From Eledone cirrhosa (Eukaryota): DNA of 64,000 bases. The notes below the pieces were generated by a model. That model saw nothing but the letters and a program-made list of their open reading frames with translations. It had not been told where the DNA came from and did no database searches. This document shows, one piece after another, positions 32,051 to 44,693 of this stretch. Made by a program: the position numbers and the translations under genes. The stretch lies in NCBI GenBank assembly GCA_964016885.1, contig OZ024740.1:189162001-189226000 (forward strand), in the 5' to 3' direction. Positions within the stretch are counted from its first letter, which is position 1; each line of letters begins with the position of its first letter.

Positions 32051-32754
32051 CGAGAGAGATAGATATGCACACATGCGCATGCATGGACATATCGCGGGAA
32101 ATATACATCAGCCAAATCTAATTAGTGCTTGATAAAAGCTCGTGAGTCTTGGCCGTTTTCGAAAACGAACTTTTGGAAGATCGTGTGGCACCTTGACAAA
32201 CACTGCTACTGCAACACTTTTACTGCGATGTCTGTGTATGTGTGTACATAGATACGTATGTATGTGCATGTATCTATGTAGGTGTGCATATATATATATA
32301 TATATATAAAGTATTCACACTCATAGGTCAACTAGATAATCTCAACATGGCCTTTCCAGCTGCTAGAAGTAGCCGACAACACTTTTCAAATCACGCCCTT
32401 CCGACATTAGATAAGAGAAGGATGTATTCGGTAATGAAATTGTAGATAAGCTAAATCTTATATAAAAGTTTGCATAAGACAACGTAGAAAGTGATATAAG
32501 AGATAGGTGAACGATCTAGGCTGGTAGGGTTTCATCAAAGTTCTACTCAGAAGCTGGTTTGGGGATAAACAACCAAATGTGTTCCAGCTGACTAGCAAAA
32601 CCTACATCTCAAACATGACGCTGACAAAAGATTAGCTTTAAGATACCTTGTTGACACTAGTTGTTTTCCATTTCGGTTTATTTTTCCTTGCTGTAAGATT
32701 ATCTGCTCGAGCTGGCCAATGGCTGGTTGGACTATATATATATATATAAATATA

Positions 32755-33095
32755 CACAGGTGTGTATGATTGTGTATAGATGATTATATTAATAAAAGGA
32801 ATTCCAACTTTGTCTGATTTACTCGTTTTATTTACAATCCTTTAAAATTATAAAGGTATTAGAATGAAATAGTATGGTAGAATATTGAATGTTAAGTGTT
32901 AATTGAATAAGTACTTCATGCTTTCGCAATCTTCAGGTTCATATTCTGTGGTGACAGTCAAGTTTGCAATGTTCAACTGTTGAACACAGTACTTAACATT
33001 TAATATTCTACCATACTATTTCATTCTAATACCATTATAATGTTAAATGATTGTAAATAAAACGAGTAAATCAGACAAAGTTGGAATTCCTTTTA

Positions 33096-33100
<5 letters not shown>
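32755..33100 (-). mobile_element. Fold-back element in (TA)n; spacer holds a collapsed hammerhead (32904-32941)
   Basis: Arms ~32785-32897 and ~32991-33100. The minus-strand spacer reads UGAAC-CUGAAGA-UUGC-GAAA-G..CUU-AUUCA. Confidence 0.75.
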
Positions 33101-33158
<58 letters not shown>

Positions 33159-33327
33159 TGTGTTGGTGGAACTGGGGGCATGCCCCCCGAAAAAGAAAAA
33201 AAAAATGTTTTTCTCCACATATTACTATTTGTTAATTGCAAATATGTGTATTTAGAGACAGATTTCAGAGGACATTTTTCTATAATCATTTTATAATTAT
33301 TGTAAGCTGCTTTTTTGCATTTTCTGA

Positions 33328-33367
<40 letters not shown>

Positions 33368-33472
33368 CGAAAATAAGACCTTTATTGGTCGAATCAGTCT
33401 ATTCACCCTCAGCAAATACCCTAAACTGAATGCCAACCTGTATCATGACTCCTGCCAAACATGTCCCTATGT

Positions 33473-33519
<47 letters not shown>

Positions 33520-33785
33520 AGAGAGAGAGAGGGTAAAGAGAGAGAATATTTGTATGTTCTGTTGTAATGAAAACGGAGTTGTCGCTATTTGGTAAACACG
33601 TGCAAAGTGCAATAGACACATACACTCACACACACACATACAGCTGTAAGTGGTAAGACAATGTGGTATCAAATTTATCAATATTCCATTTAGATTCTTT
33701 CCAAGTGTTCTTAAAATCTTTAAATTGTTAAAACCAACAACTCATGTTAAAATACATGACTGGAGGGAAAAGACGAAATCTTCTT

Positions 33786-33832
<47 letters not shown>

Positions 33833-34083
33833 TATATATATATATGCATATATATATATGCATATATATATATATATATATCCATATATATATATGCATA
33901 TATATATATGCATATATATATATATATGCATATATATATATGCATATATATTTGTGTATAGTGGTAGCTATGGTGCTTCCGTAGGCGGTATGCCAAAATT
34001 AGCACTCGATATTCATCAGAGTAGAGTGTAGGTATTATCAAGAAAGCGAAAAATCAGTGATGCATCTGGACTTAGTTTATTTT

Positions 34084-34172
34084 GTGTTACAAATGTTTCG
34101 CCGGCATGTAGCTCGAGTCATGGTCCTTGCATGGATCTGGCTGATTCTACTTCTGCGGGTTCTTTCAGACAC
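34084..34172 (-). ncRNA. Hammerhead ribozyme with extended stem II
   Basis: GUGU-CUGAAAGA-[~60-nt imperfect hairpin]-GAAA-CAUUUG-UA-ACAC, followed by the conserved 3' stem-loop at 34004-34027. The element spans ~33960-34205 within (TA)n. Confidence 0.62.
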
Positions 34173-34249
34173 GGGTGTTATGTCCGGAGCAAATGTTATC
34201 ACTGTTATATATATATATATGCATATATATATATATGCATATATATATA

Positions 34250-34320
<71 letters not shown>

Positions 34321-34362
34321 CACTGTTATATAAATATGCATATATATATATATATGCTTATA

Positions 34363-34413
<51 letters not shown>

Positions 34414-34808
34414 TTATCTATCTGTCCTTCATATTCCTCACTTTTCATCATTCTCTATATTGCTAAGCAAACTTCAGTTCTATTGGATAATAACTGTCTA
34501 CGACAGTGTTGTTCTCAATATCGTCTTCGTCGCCATTATCATCACCAACACTGTTATCTTAGAATTAAGTTCACACACATTATAATTACAGTATCGAATT
34601 AGCTCTGTCTGCATACTTACACACACACAAAGACAAACACACACACACATACTATATATATATATATATGTGCTCTATGATTTTTAATCTTCACATTTAT
34701 TATTATTATTATTATATATATATATATGTGTGTTTTTATACATCTACATACCTACTTATATTCATTGGTCACATTTATGTATTCTCAGTCTAGGTAGAAG
34801 ACAACATA

Positions 34809-34860
<52 letters not shown>

Positions 34861-34863
<3 letters not shown>

Positions 34864-35004
34864 TGGTTACACAACAGTTAGTTCACCATACCGAGAACAA
34901 TTGTTCTCGGTATGGTGAACTAACTGTTGTCTAACCACTTCTACCTAACTCGTCCCATGGACTGAGTGCTCTACCACTACGGATATTACCTTCCAGTGTC
35001 CTAC

Positions 35005-35008
<4 letters not shown>
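34861..35008 (+). mobile_element. Short fold-back element in (TA)n; tail-only relative at 13961-14022
   Basis: Near-perfect 80-bp palindrome 34861-34940, then tail actcgtcccatggactgagtgctc. Confidence 0.8.
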
Positions 35009-35058
<50 letters not shown>

Positions 35059-35460
35059 GAACAAGATCTCAACACAAATACATGCTACGTAAGGTTTCAA
35101 ACTTTAACCAGTATAGGGTATAGATATTCAATGTCTGTTGGTTTACATATCCATAACTAAACTACAGTCATAGATTGTCTATCTCCTATGGTGGTTGGTT
35201 TGAAACCTGAGATAGCATGCATTTGTGTTGGGATCTTATTCATATAATGCATTTTGGCTCTGTACATTACATAGAGTGCTTTTCTTCCTTGATCTATTTT
35301 TTCGGAAATTATTGGCATTATACGCACCAAATTTGAAGGAGATGGCGAAAACAATTCAGTCGTTTATTTGGGAAACACTCTCATATTAGGCTTATGTAAT
35401 TACTTATGTAGTTAACATACACACACATATACATAATTATATATATATATATATATATAT

Positions 35461-35619
35461 AACGAAGGAAATGTGGTAAGGAACCAGGTGGACCATAACG
35501 CACCAAAGTACTCAATACTTAGGGTAGTAGAGTGGGTAATATGAACAAGTAAGACCCCGACGGCTGAGCTCAAGCCGTTTCGACACGGCTTGAGCTCAGC
35601 CGTCGGGGTATTACTTGTT

Positions 35620-35622
<3 letters not shown>
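35461..35622 (-). mobile_element. Fold-back element (16301/20911 family), shorter arms
   Basis: Same tail, palindrome centre near 35581, (TA)n on both sides. Confidence 0.8.
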
Positions 35623-35658
<36 letters not shown>

Positions 35659-35869
35659 GTGTGTGTGTGTGTTTATAGTACGGATTAAAGTTTAAGCAAA
35701 TAATTTCTGCTTTCACCCTATTTTGTTCTTCGTAATTATTATTACTATATATATATATATATGCTTATATGTAAATGGCTTATCCTCTGTCCTTGTTCAC
35801 GCTCACACACACATATAGTTATTGTGTATCAAAGTCTTAAAAAACAACAAAATATCCTTTGTACTTGAT

Positions 35870-36245
35870 TGTATTCTAGCTGTGATCTTTGAAGAAAGTG
35901 GTTACCTCTGTACAATGGTGCTTCATTGCTATATTAATGGAAAGTGGACCATACGTGCATACCTAAAAGTTAGGGAATGCTAACATGATCACTATATAGC
36001 AGAATAAAGGAAAGGGCGATAAGTTTTCCATAATTATAGAAGTTCGTTGTTGGATAAAGTTATGTCTAAGGTCGTGCTAAAAAGCCTGGTCTAACCAATA
36101 TCAGTAAACTTACACCTGCATCACTGTGTGGCTTCTGTAGGAACCAAGGTACAAGCGTAATGATTTTCGTTACAAGGCATTTTCAGAAGAATTATAAGAA
36201 GCATCTCTAAGAAGGATCTGTTCATTGCATTTGTCGATCTGTCAC
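35870..36245 (+). pseudogene. Decayed RTE-type reverse transcriptase fragment
   Basis: Hand translation across frameshifts gives KGKGDK..HNYR, SLCGFCRNQGT..MIF and KDLFIAFVDL, matching RTE-clade RT N-terminal motifs. Confidence 0.6.
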
Positions 36246-36537
36246 TTACTTGAGTTGTTTCCATTCTCCTGTAGGTGTGAGACATCGTCTACTTACAACC
36301 GATGGTACAATATGATTGGAGGGTGATGTAGCTGCTGTAAGTCAAGCAACCACACAGAGAGTTCCTCGGTTGTTGTTATCCCTTATTTCCAAACCAGTCT
36401 TTATTTTCAGACGTGGTATATCTAATATCATATTCCCCAATATAAAACATGGTTTTTTCTAAGATGGCAGGCTGTGATTTAAAAGAAATTTAGCAGCTAT
36501 TCGTAGCTAATCGAGCTAAAAGTATTTTAGTAAATAC

Positions 36538-36636
<99 letters not shown>

Positions 36637-36812
36637 GATGTCTCGCTAGAGGCAAATATAAATGATGTTTCGTTTCTATAATCCAATTTATATTTGGTAC
36701 TAATTTGACAACTATTAAAAGATTCTATTTATTTTAACGATGAAAAACGAGTGTATTGGAATATATTACTGATGTTTTCCCGTACTCACGGAAAGATTAT
36801 AATGCAGAAATG

Positions 36813-36857
<45 letters not shown>

Positions 36858-36858
36858 T

Positions 36859-37163
36859 ATACAAGGACGAATGGTTACTCCTTCATTACGTCTATTGGTT
36901 GGTGACGCGCGTTTCGCTACTGATCAGCTCAAGATTCGAACTTTTGATTCCAGAATCGGGCTAGATCGATACAGATCGAAATGTGAGCTGATCATTAGCG
37001 AAACGCGCATCACCAACCAATTAACGTAATGAAGGATTAACCATTTGTCCTTGTATTATTATACTACACTCTGTCTAGCTGTACACCTCGATACTGACGT
37101 GAAGCTAAACATTGAGAGCTCACCTGGGTGAACTTACAGTAACTTCGCGTTTCACTCACTGGA
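36859..37163 (+). mobile_element. Fold-back element with the 3' half of a hammerhead and the 3' stem-loop
   Basis: Arms ~36859-36931 and ~36984-37056 containing GC-GAAA-CGCGCG-UC. Tail 37057-37163. Confidence 0.8.
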
Positions 37164-38388
37164 TATATATATATATATACAAGTCCCGGGTTCAATCGAG
37201 GGTAACCATAGTTAGTAAGGTACTCAATACATTAGTAGAGTGTAAACACCATGTTTAATATAGAGATGGCTTCTACATGAATAGAATTGCTTTATTTAAA
37301 AGCTTTTCTTTTCTTCTTAGTGTTAAATGAATAAAAAAAAAACAGTATTAAATTAAAAAGTTAATCTATGTTGTTTAGATTATTTGTATGTGCGTCCACA
37401 CTTGAATTAAAAAAAAAAAAATGTTAACGTAATATCTATGCAGATGAAACATTCATTATGAAATTTCGAATAGTCCATATCTGTTTCAACCGAGCAAACT
37501 TGATGAGACATAACACTTTCGTGTCGGAGTATATTTAGAAACAGAAATAGCAGCTAAATCTCCCTCAAATAACACTCTACCCTCTAAGGTAATTGGACAC
37601 ATTGAATAATGTAGTCACAGATATGATTTAAAAGGTAGAGTGTCATTGATGATAGGTTGATCGAAATAATTTTGATCTGAGAGGTGCAGACAACAAGATT
37701 CTATCAATGGAAACCTCACTATTCAGAAAAGGAGCTGAGAGGGCAACGTTATTGATCTCAGATTCCATGTGATGATCTCTGTTCTCATTTAAAGAGACAT
37801 AATGTGACCGTGATATCGTGTAAGAGAACATATAAGGATCAAATGAACCACAGTATCAATTAGATGTTAATCCACAGAATACACGCTACTTTGATGTGAA
37901 TCATATAATTCATTTATGAAATATTGGAGCTTGACTTGATCTGAGACCGTGTATTGGCGCTGAAGTTATTACGTTGTGCGGAGAACTACTAATGAAAAAG
38001 GGAATGTAAAAGATATACATATATATATATACATATACGTGTGTGTGTGTGTGTGTGTGTGTGAATAGCTCTTCTACGATGTAATTGCATTTATAAATAT
38101 ACTATCATTAAAGCTCGGCGATGGTCGGGGTCATTAAGTTACCAAAGTTAGGTTGCACCACCCATTTTATGGCAGCACTTTTTTGTCTGCCAGGCATTGG
38201 GTGAATGAATTGCAGACCTGGAAGCAGGAGCTGCGCCAGCAGTGACAATTGTAGTTTCGCCTATGGATATTACTCTGTGCAAAAAAGTGTTGAAATTTAT
38301 TGTTTCACAGTACTTGCGCAACACCCGCGTAGACGATGCCAGCCGAACAACAGAGCTGCGATGGAGTTGTTCTGCATGGTTGTCTGTG

Positions 38389-38845
38389 TGTTTTCTAAAT
38401 TTAAGACAGTAGGGAGTGGTGTGATATGGAGGAGAGTTAGCTGCTGTTTCTAGCAGGTTTAGTGACCTCATAGAAGATATGTTTTCTAAATTTAAGACAG
38501 TAGGGATGGGTGTGATGTGGGGGAGAGTTAGTTGCTGTTTCTAGCAGGTTTAGTAACCTCATAGAGGATATGTGTTTCCTAAATTTAAGACAGTAGGTAG
38601 TGGTGTGATATGGGGGAGAGTTAGCTGCTGTTTCTAGCAGGTTTAGTGACTTCATAGAAGATATGTTTTCTAAATTTAAGACAGTAGGGAGGGGTGTGGT
38701 ATGGGGGAGAGTTAGCTGCTGTTTCTAGCAGGTTTAGTGACTTCATAGAAGATATGTTTTCTAAATTTAAGACAGTAGGGAGGGGTGTGATATGGGGGAG
38801 AGTTAGCTGCTGTTTCTAGCAGGTTTAGTGACCTCATAGAGGATA
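38389..38845. repeat. Minisatellite, 5 copies of a ~91-bp unit derived from a dispersed repeat
   Basis: Unit tgttttctaaatttaagacagtaggga..gagagttagctgctgtttctagcaggtttagtgacctcatagaagata, starting near 38389, 38480, 38571, 38664 and 38755. Confidence 0.9.
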
Positions 38846-40906
38846 TTATTGTTTATCATTATCTATAAAAGGCAGATTGTTGTTGTTGTTGTTGAAGTGA
38901 GTGTGTGTTTGTATGCGTTTGGAAAAGAGGTTTTAAAAAAGATTTATCGCTTGTTGTTGAATAAATGTATCTGTTGCTTTTGAATAATTGTCGTTTCGTA
39001 TGAAATGTAATAATTTGAAGTATAAAAGAGAAAGTAGCAAAATGTGTGGGTTGTAGATAGAGGTAAGCACATGATATGAGAGAGTAAAACGGACAGTATC
39101 ACCATCAAGCTTGGAAAGAGAAAGTAGCAGAAAGTATGAAGTTGTATAGATTTTGAATGGTAGTGGAAAGAGTTTAGCAGTTTAAATGACAGAGAAAAAT
39201 CGTAAAATATTGAGTTTTATCTATTTTTGGCGTAATTATGGGTGAAATTGAAAAAATGAGATGTGCCAAGACGCAATCGAAACTATTTCGAATACTGAAT
39301 TGTAAATTTCAATTGAAGAAATTCTATATCGTAGATTTCTATAAGAAAGGAGCATGACCACACACTGAGCTTTATAGATTATGATATACAATATATAAAG
39401 GTAAAATCGGCAACAATGGATCTATATGGAAGGAGGTGGAAGATTTCAATAAGTCCATTTATTGTTAGTAATGGAAGAGGAGTAGTGAGGAGGACTAAAT
39501 CACGTATCAAGACGGAAGTCAAGAGATGATGATGCTCGTAGCTGAAATTGGATATACGGAGATAGTTTGAAAGCTCTCAACCCTGTCGGATAGACTGTAC
39601 TTGTAATTCAAAGCGTCAAGTTCGCGTGTCAAAGGTTGAATTTTGTTGAGGATTACAGGTGCAATAGTCTGTACAATACCTAACCGTTATTTATTTATTT
39701 ATCGATTTATATTGCTTTTGCACCCGTAACTCCTAGTAGGGCACCGTAGTGATATGCGGCGTTTCTTAGGCATTCTTAAATCTGGCGGAGTGCATCTCTT
39801 CTCCAGGTCTAAATACAGTCATTTTCTCCCAGAGAAGAAGGGAGAGAGGGGGTGAACAAACGACCCCAGTACTAGACTGGTACGTTTTTTATTGACCTCA
39901 GGTTTGAACTCAGAGCGCAGAGAGCCGGAACGAGTACCGCAAATCGTTCTTTCCGACGTTCTAACGACTACCAATTCGCTGTAAAATTTATTGTGTGTCG
40001 TTTTGTTGATTGAAAAAATGGAACACTCCACGTCTCACCGCCATAATCATATTTGGCTGTAGGAAATAAATAACCCATATTGTTATTATTGCTTAATTCC
40101 ATACAAGGCATGATCGAGTCTTTGGTAAAATCCATTCAAGACATGACAATGTCTTATTTTCAGGAATAGTGAAACTCTCCTACCCATAACGGACTATATT
40201 AACCAATGTCGGCATTTTTGTAAGATGATAACATGTGACATAAAGAATATTTTGACTGCTTTTTTTAGCAGGTCGAGTGACTACATAAAGACACCTTCAT
40301 TAGCTCTCATTGGTTGTAGTCGTAGTGGTAATGATAGTTGGTGAGAAGTGGTGTTAGTGATAATGGGAAGGAGGTGGTGTTAGTTCTGCGCTGATAATCC
40401 ATTTGCTTTTATCGACAAACGAATGTATTCAGAATCTTTTAATCATACCTCTGCCAGTCATTTTTTTTCTTTTGATTTGTTTACTTCATGATCATTCATC
40501 ACCATCATCATCGTCACATCACCACCACCATTATCACAATCATCATCCTATTCATTACCATCATCAGTAGCAGCATCATATTTATTCATCTTCCTTATCA
40601 TCATAATCATCATCATCGTCGTTTCGTGCGCTCATGTCTTTTGATTTCTGCCAAAGTGCTGCTGTATATATATATATATATTTTTTTTTTTAAATAAATT
40701 TTATTGTTGTTGTTATATGATATCAAACAAGTGATATAAATGATATTCGATAACCGCATGGTGCAAGTTATATCAGTTGGCGAGGAGTGCTGTACTGTCT
40801 CTTATTGTCTTTAATTAATTCATTCGGTATCATTTATTTATTAATTTATCTATTTTTATTAGGTTGTTCTTACAAAATTTCACGCCTCCTTTTTCTAGTT
40901 CTTTTC

Positions 40907-40981
<75 letters not shown>

Positions 40982-43118
40982 CTAATAAATGAGTCAGTCG
41001 AAGGTGTATCTAAATGGTCGCTCGATCTACTAGAAGAAACTGCCAAATCACCCTCAAATCATACTATACCATTTTAAAAAACAAACAAAGGATGTGCTAG
41101 ATAATGTGGTTCTGACTTCCCTCCTCATAGGAAAGAAGACGAGATGGTCACGGTTGAAATACCTTTCATCATCGTATTTCTGTTTAATTGGAGCTGTTCT
41201 CAGACTAAACTGCAGCTTCTAATGATCCATTATGATGTCACTGATCATATTCATTATAATCGTTGTCATCATCATCATCATCATCATCATTAGTATCACG
41301 ATCCTCATCATCGTTGTCACCGTCATCATTTGCCTCACTGTCTCTTCACCTTTCAACATCAGCCCCTACTACTTACTCTCCATCTCCCCGCCTATCTCTA
41401 CTTCATCCCGAGAACGTGATGTCAACAGCTCCACTTTCATATATTCTCCAGTTCCTTAATTATAACATTCTATCATCGTCTATCTCTGCTTTACTCTCTT
41501 ACAACAACGACAATGAGCCGCACCTTACAGATTATTGTTGTTGTTGGTGATTTTAATGGAGTTGTTGTTCCTGATGCTAATGACGGTTATGATGGTATGG
41601 AACATGTTTAACGTAACCTTCCGTTTCCACCAGCCATCCCCTCAACTTTCTTGCAGGTATCTCATTAATGTGTGTCATCGCTTGCCTTATAACTCCTCGT
41701 TTCCTTAGTACAACCTATATTTCTCTACCTCCTTTTCCTCCCACTATTTCTCTCTCTCTCTTCCCCTCTCTCTCACACACATACATACATGCATCTTAAA
41801 ACCAACTAAGAATACCTTACGTCCAATTTCTCACTGAAGTAATAAGATATAGTGAAAGTAGCGACAAAGATGATAATGATGATGATCAGTATAATGAATA
41901 TGATAGTTAATTAGGGTATTATACTCACCATCAAAATATTTATAAAGTTATTGGAAACTGATAGCTGGTGTGTGTTGGTGGTGGTGGTGGAGATGGACGG
42001 CCTTGTTGTGGTGATGGTTGTCAGAGGTGAGTATAAATGATGTCGGTGGGGTGGTAATTGTAGGAAGGAATACCATGCCGTCACTATTAATTGTGACGGT
42101 GGGATGGTAGCTGTAGGAAGGAACACCACGCCCGCCACTATGAATTGTGTCGGCGGGGTGGTAGTTGTAGGAAGGAACACCACGTCGTCACAATTCACAT
42201 CCACCTCTTACCACCACCACCACCGCCTCCACTACCACCTCCTTCACCATCAACCCACACCAGCTATTGTTTAAGGTAGAAGTAGCAGCGATAATAATTG
42301 TGACATTCGATCTTTTTCGACATGTGATCTTCGCTGAATTAAAAACCCTTCACTCAATACCCAGTCACTGTTTTCTACGTGCTGAATTTTTAAAACGCGT
42401 TTGATAGCTAACCGTCTCAGGCACCAAGATTGAAAACTGTTTTAAAGTGTCTATACTTATATCCGCCACCCCATCCCAATTTAATGCAAGAATATTTGTT
42501 AAATTGTTTTTTAGGAGAAAAATAATAACCAAGTTAGTTTTATTACTAATTCCATCCATATTCTTGATTATTTTCAAAATTATTTGAAAACCACAGACAA
42601 TATTCATTAGAAATATAGTAACCAAAGGATTTTAACAGTCTGAGTTACTGTTTCAATTGATTCTTTTACTGATTTCAGTCTTTTGACAACAGTCAAGCTA
42701 GGGCATGGCATTGTAATGATTTAGTCGATCATATCGAACCCAGTATTTATTGATTTTTTCAAAAGTCTGGTTTTGTCGAATTGCTATGCTCATTATAGGA
42801 CATAAACAACACACATAAATATATATAATTTTAATTCCAACAGAACAACCATAGAGTGAAAGTAACTAAGTATTCCATTGACACATATGCCTTAACGTAC
42901 CTCTCGGGAAGATTCAGGCTGATACAGTGTGACGAGACTAGCCTTTCGAATTACAGGTACAACTCATTTTTGTCAGCTGGAACAATGTAAAATATATCTC
43001 TCCCAAGGACGCAATGTGCCGCTCGAAATGGAACTCACGATCAAATGATTTTGAGCGGAATACTCTAACCAGAAAGCGATGCGAGTTAATACCCCTCGAG
43101 TAGTGACCATATTCACGG

Positions 43119-43729
<611 letters not shown>

Positions 43730-44616
43730 CATATAGAAACATATGTATATATTGATGCACAGTGGGTTGACATCCATTATAATATTATAGCATGGCAATT
43801 TACATTCAAAGATTAATGTCATATTAAAGAACAAAATTAAAGTTAAAATACAACATTGGCAGTTTACGAAGGTAAAGCAAGAGGATAGTTTGAAGTAGTT
43901 AGTGTATGCAATAGTTACACGTGGGGCATGCACGTGTGTATTATTTATATAAGATTATAGTGCGGCAGGGTGTCACATGTAATACAAGCAGTTTAAGCGG
44001 GCAATCAAGAGTATTATGGAGTATAATAGACCATAATACTCTTGATTGCCCGCTTAAACTGCTTGTATTACATATAACACCCTGCCGCACTATAATCTTA
44101 TATAAATAAGACACACGTGCATGCCCCACGTGTAACTATTGCATACACTAACTACTTCAAACTATCCTCTTGCTTTACCTTCGTAAACTGCCAATGTTGT
44201 ATTTTAACTTTAATTTTGTTCTTTAATATGACATTAATCTTTGAATGTAAATTGCCATGCTATAATATTATAATGGATGTCAACCCACTGTGCATCAATA
44301 TATACATATGTTTCTATATGTCTCTTGTGTTGGAAAGGAGGTCATGTATGTAAAAAATCATTGAAAAATTGCTCCGAAGACTCCAAACCTCGGTTTGGAA
44401 GAAACAATTGTAAGCGAATAAATGGTTTAAACAGAACTTTGGTTCATGTAATTTCCATATAACTGCTCTGTAGAACAACTGATGTTGTTACATTGAGCTA
44501 TTTATCTTACTGGTAATAAGGTAGTAATAAATTACTGTCTTTCACTATTTAGGGTTTAAAATATACATAACTATAAAAGGTTTTAGTATATACATAACCA
44601 TAAATATTATCCTTAA

Positions 44617-44620
<4 letters not shown>
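43730..44620 (+). mobile_element. Large fold-back element: 290-bp inverted arms, then hammerhead and 3' stem-loop
   Basis: Arms 43730-44019 and 44031-44320 with few mismatches. Single-copy extension 44321-44620. (TA)n on both sides. Confidence 0.87.
44369..44417 (+). ncRNA. Type I hammerhead ribozyme with a U4C core change
   Basis: UUGCU-CCGAAGA-C-UCCAAACC uc GGUUUGGA-A-GAAA-CAAUUG-UA-AGCGA; palindromic stem III ACAAUUGU. Confidence 0.75.

Positions 44621-44693
<73 letters not shown>

Noticed and set aside
38389-38845. CRISPR-like regular repeat
   Set aside because: Whole units repeat with no unique spacers, the context is eukaryotic, and there are no cas genes.
43730-44320. Palindromes as sequencing or assembly fold-back artefacts
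   Set aside because: Arms differ by substitutions and indels, the architecture recurs with family-specific ends, and it co-occurs with oriented ribozymes. Considered unlikely, but not formally excluded without reads.
44465-44498. Tail stem-loop as a SECIS element
   Set aside because: The instances lack a conserved AUGA/GA quartet and apical AA.
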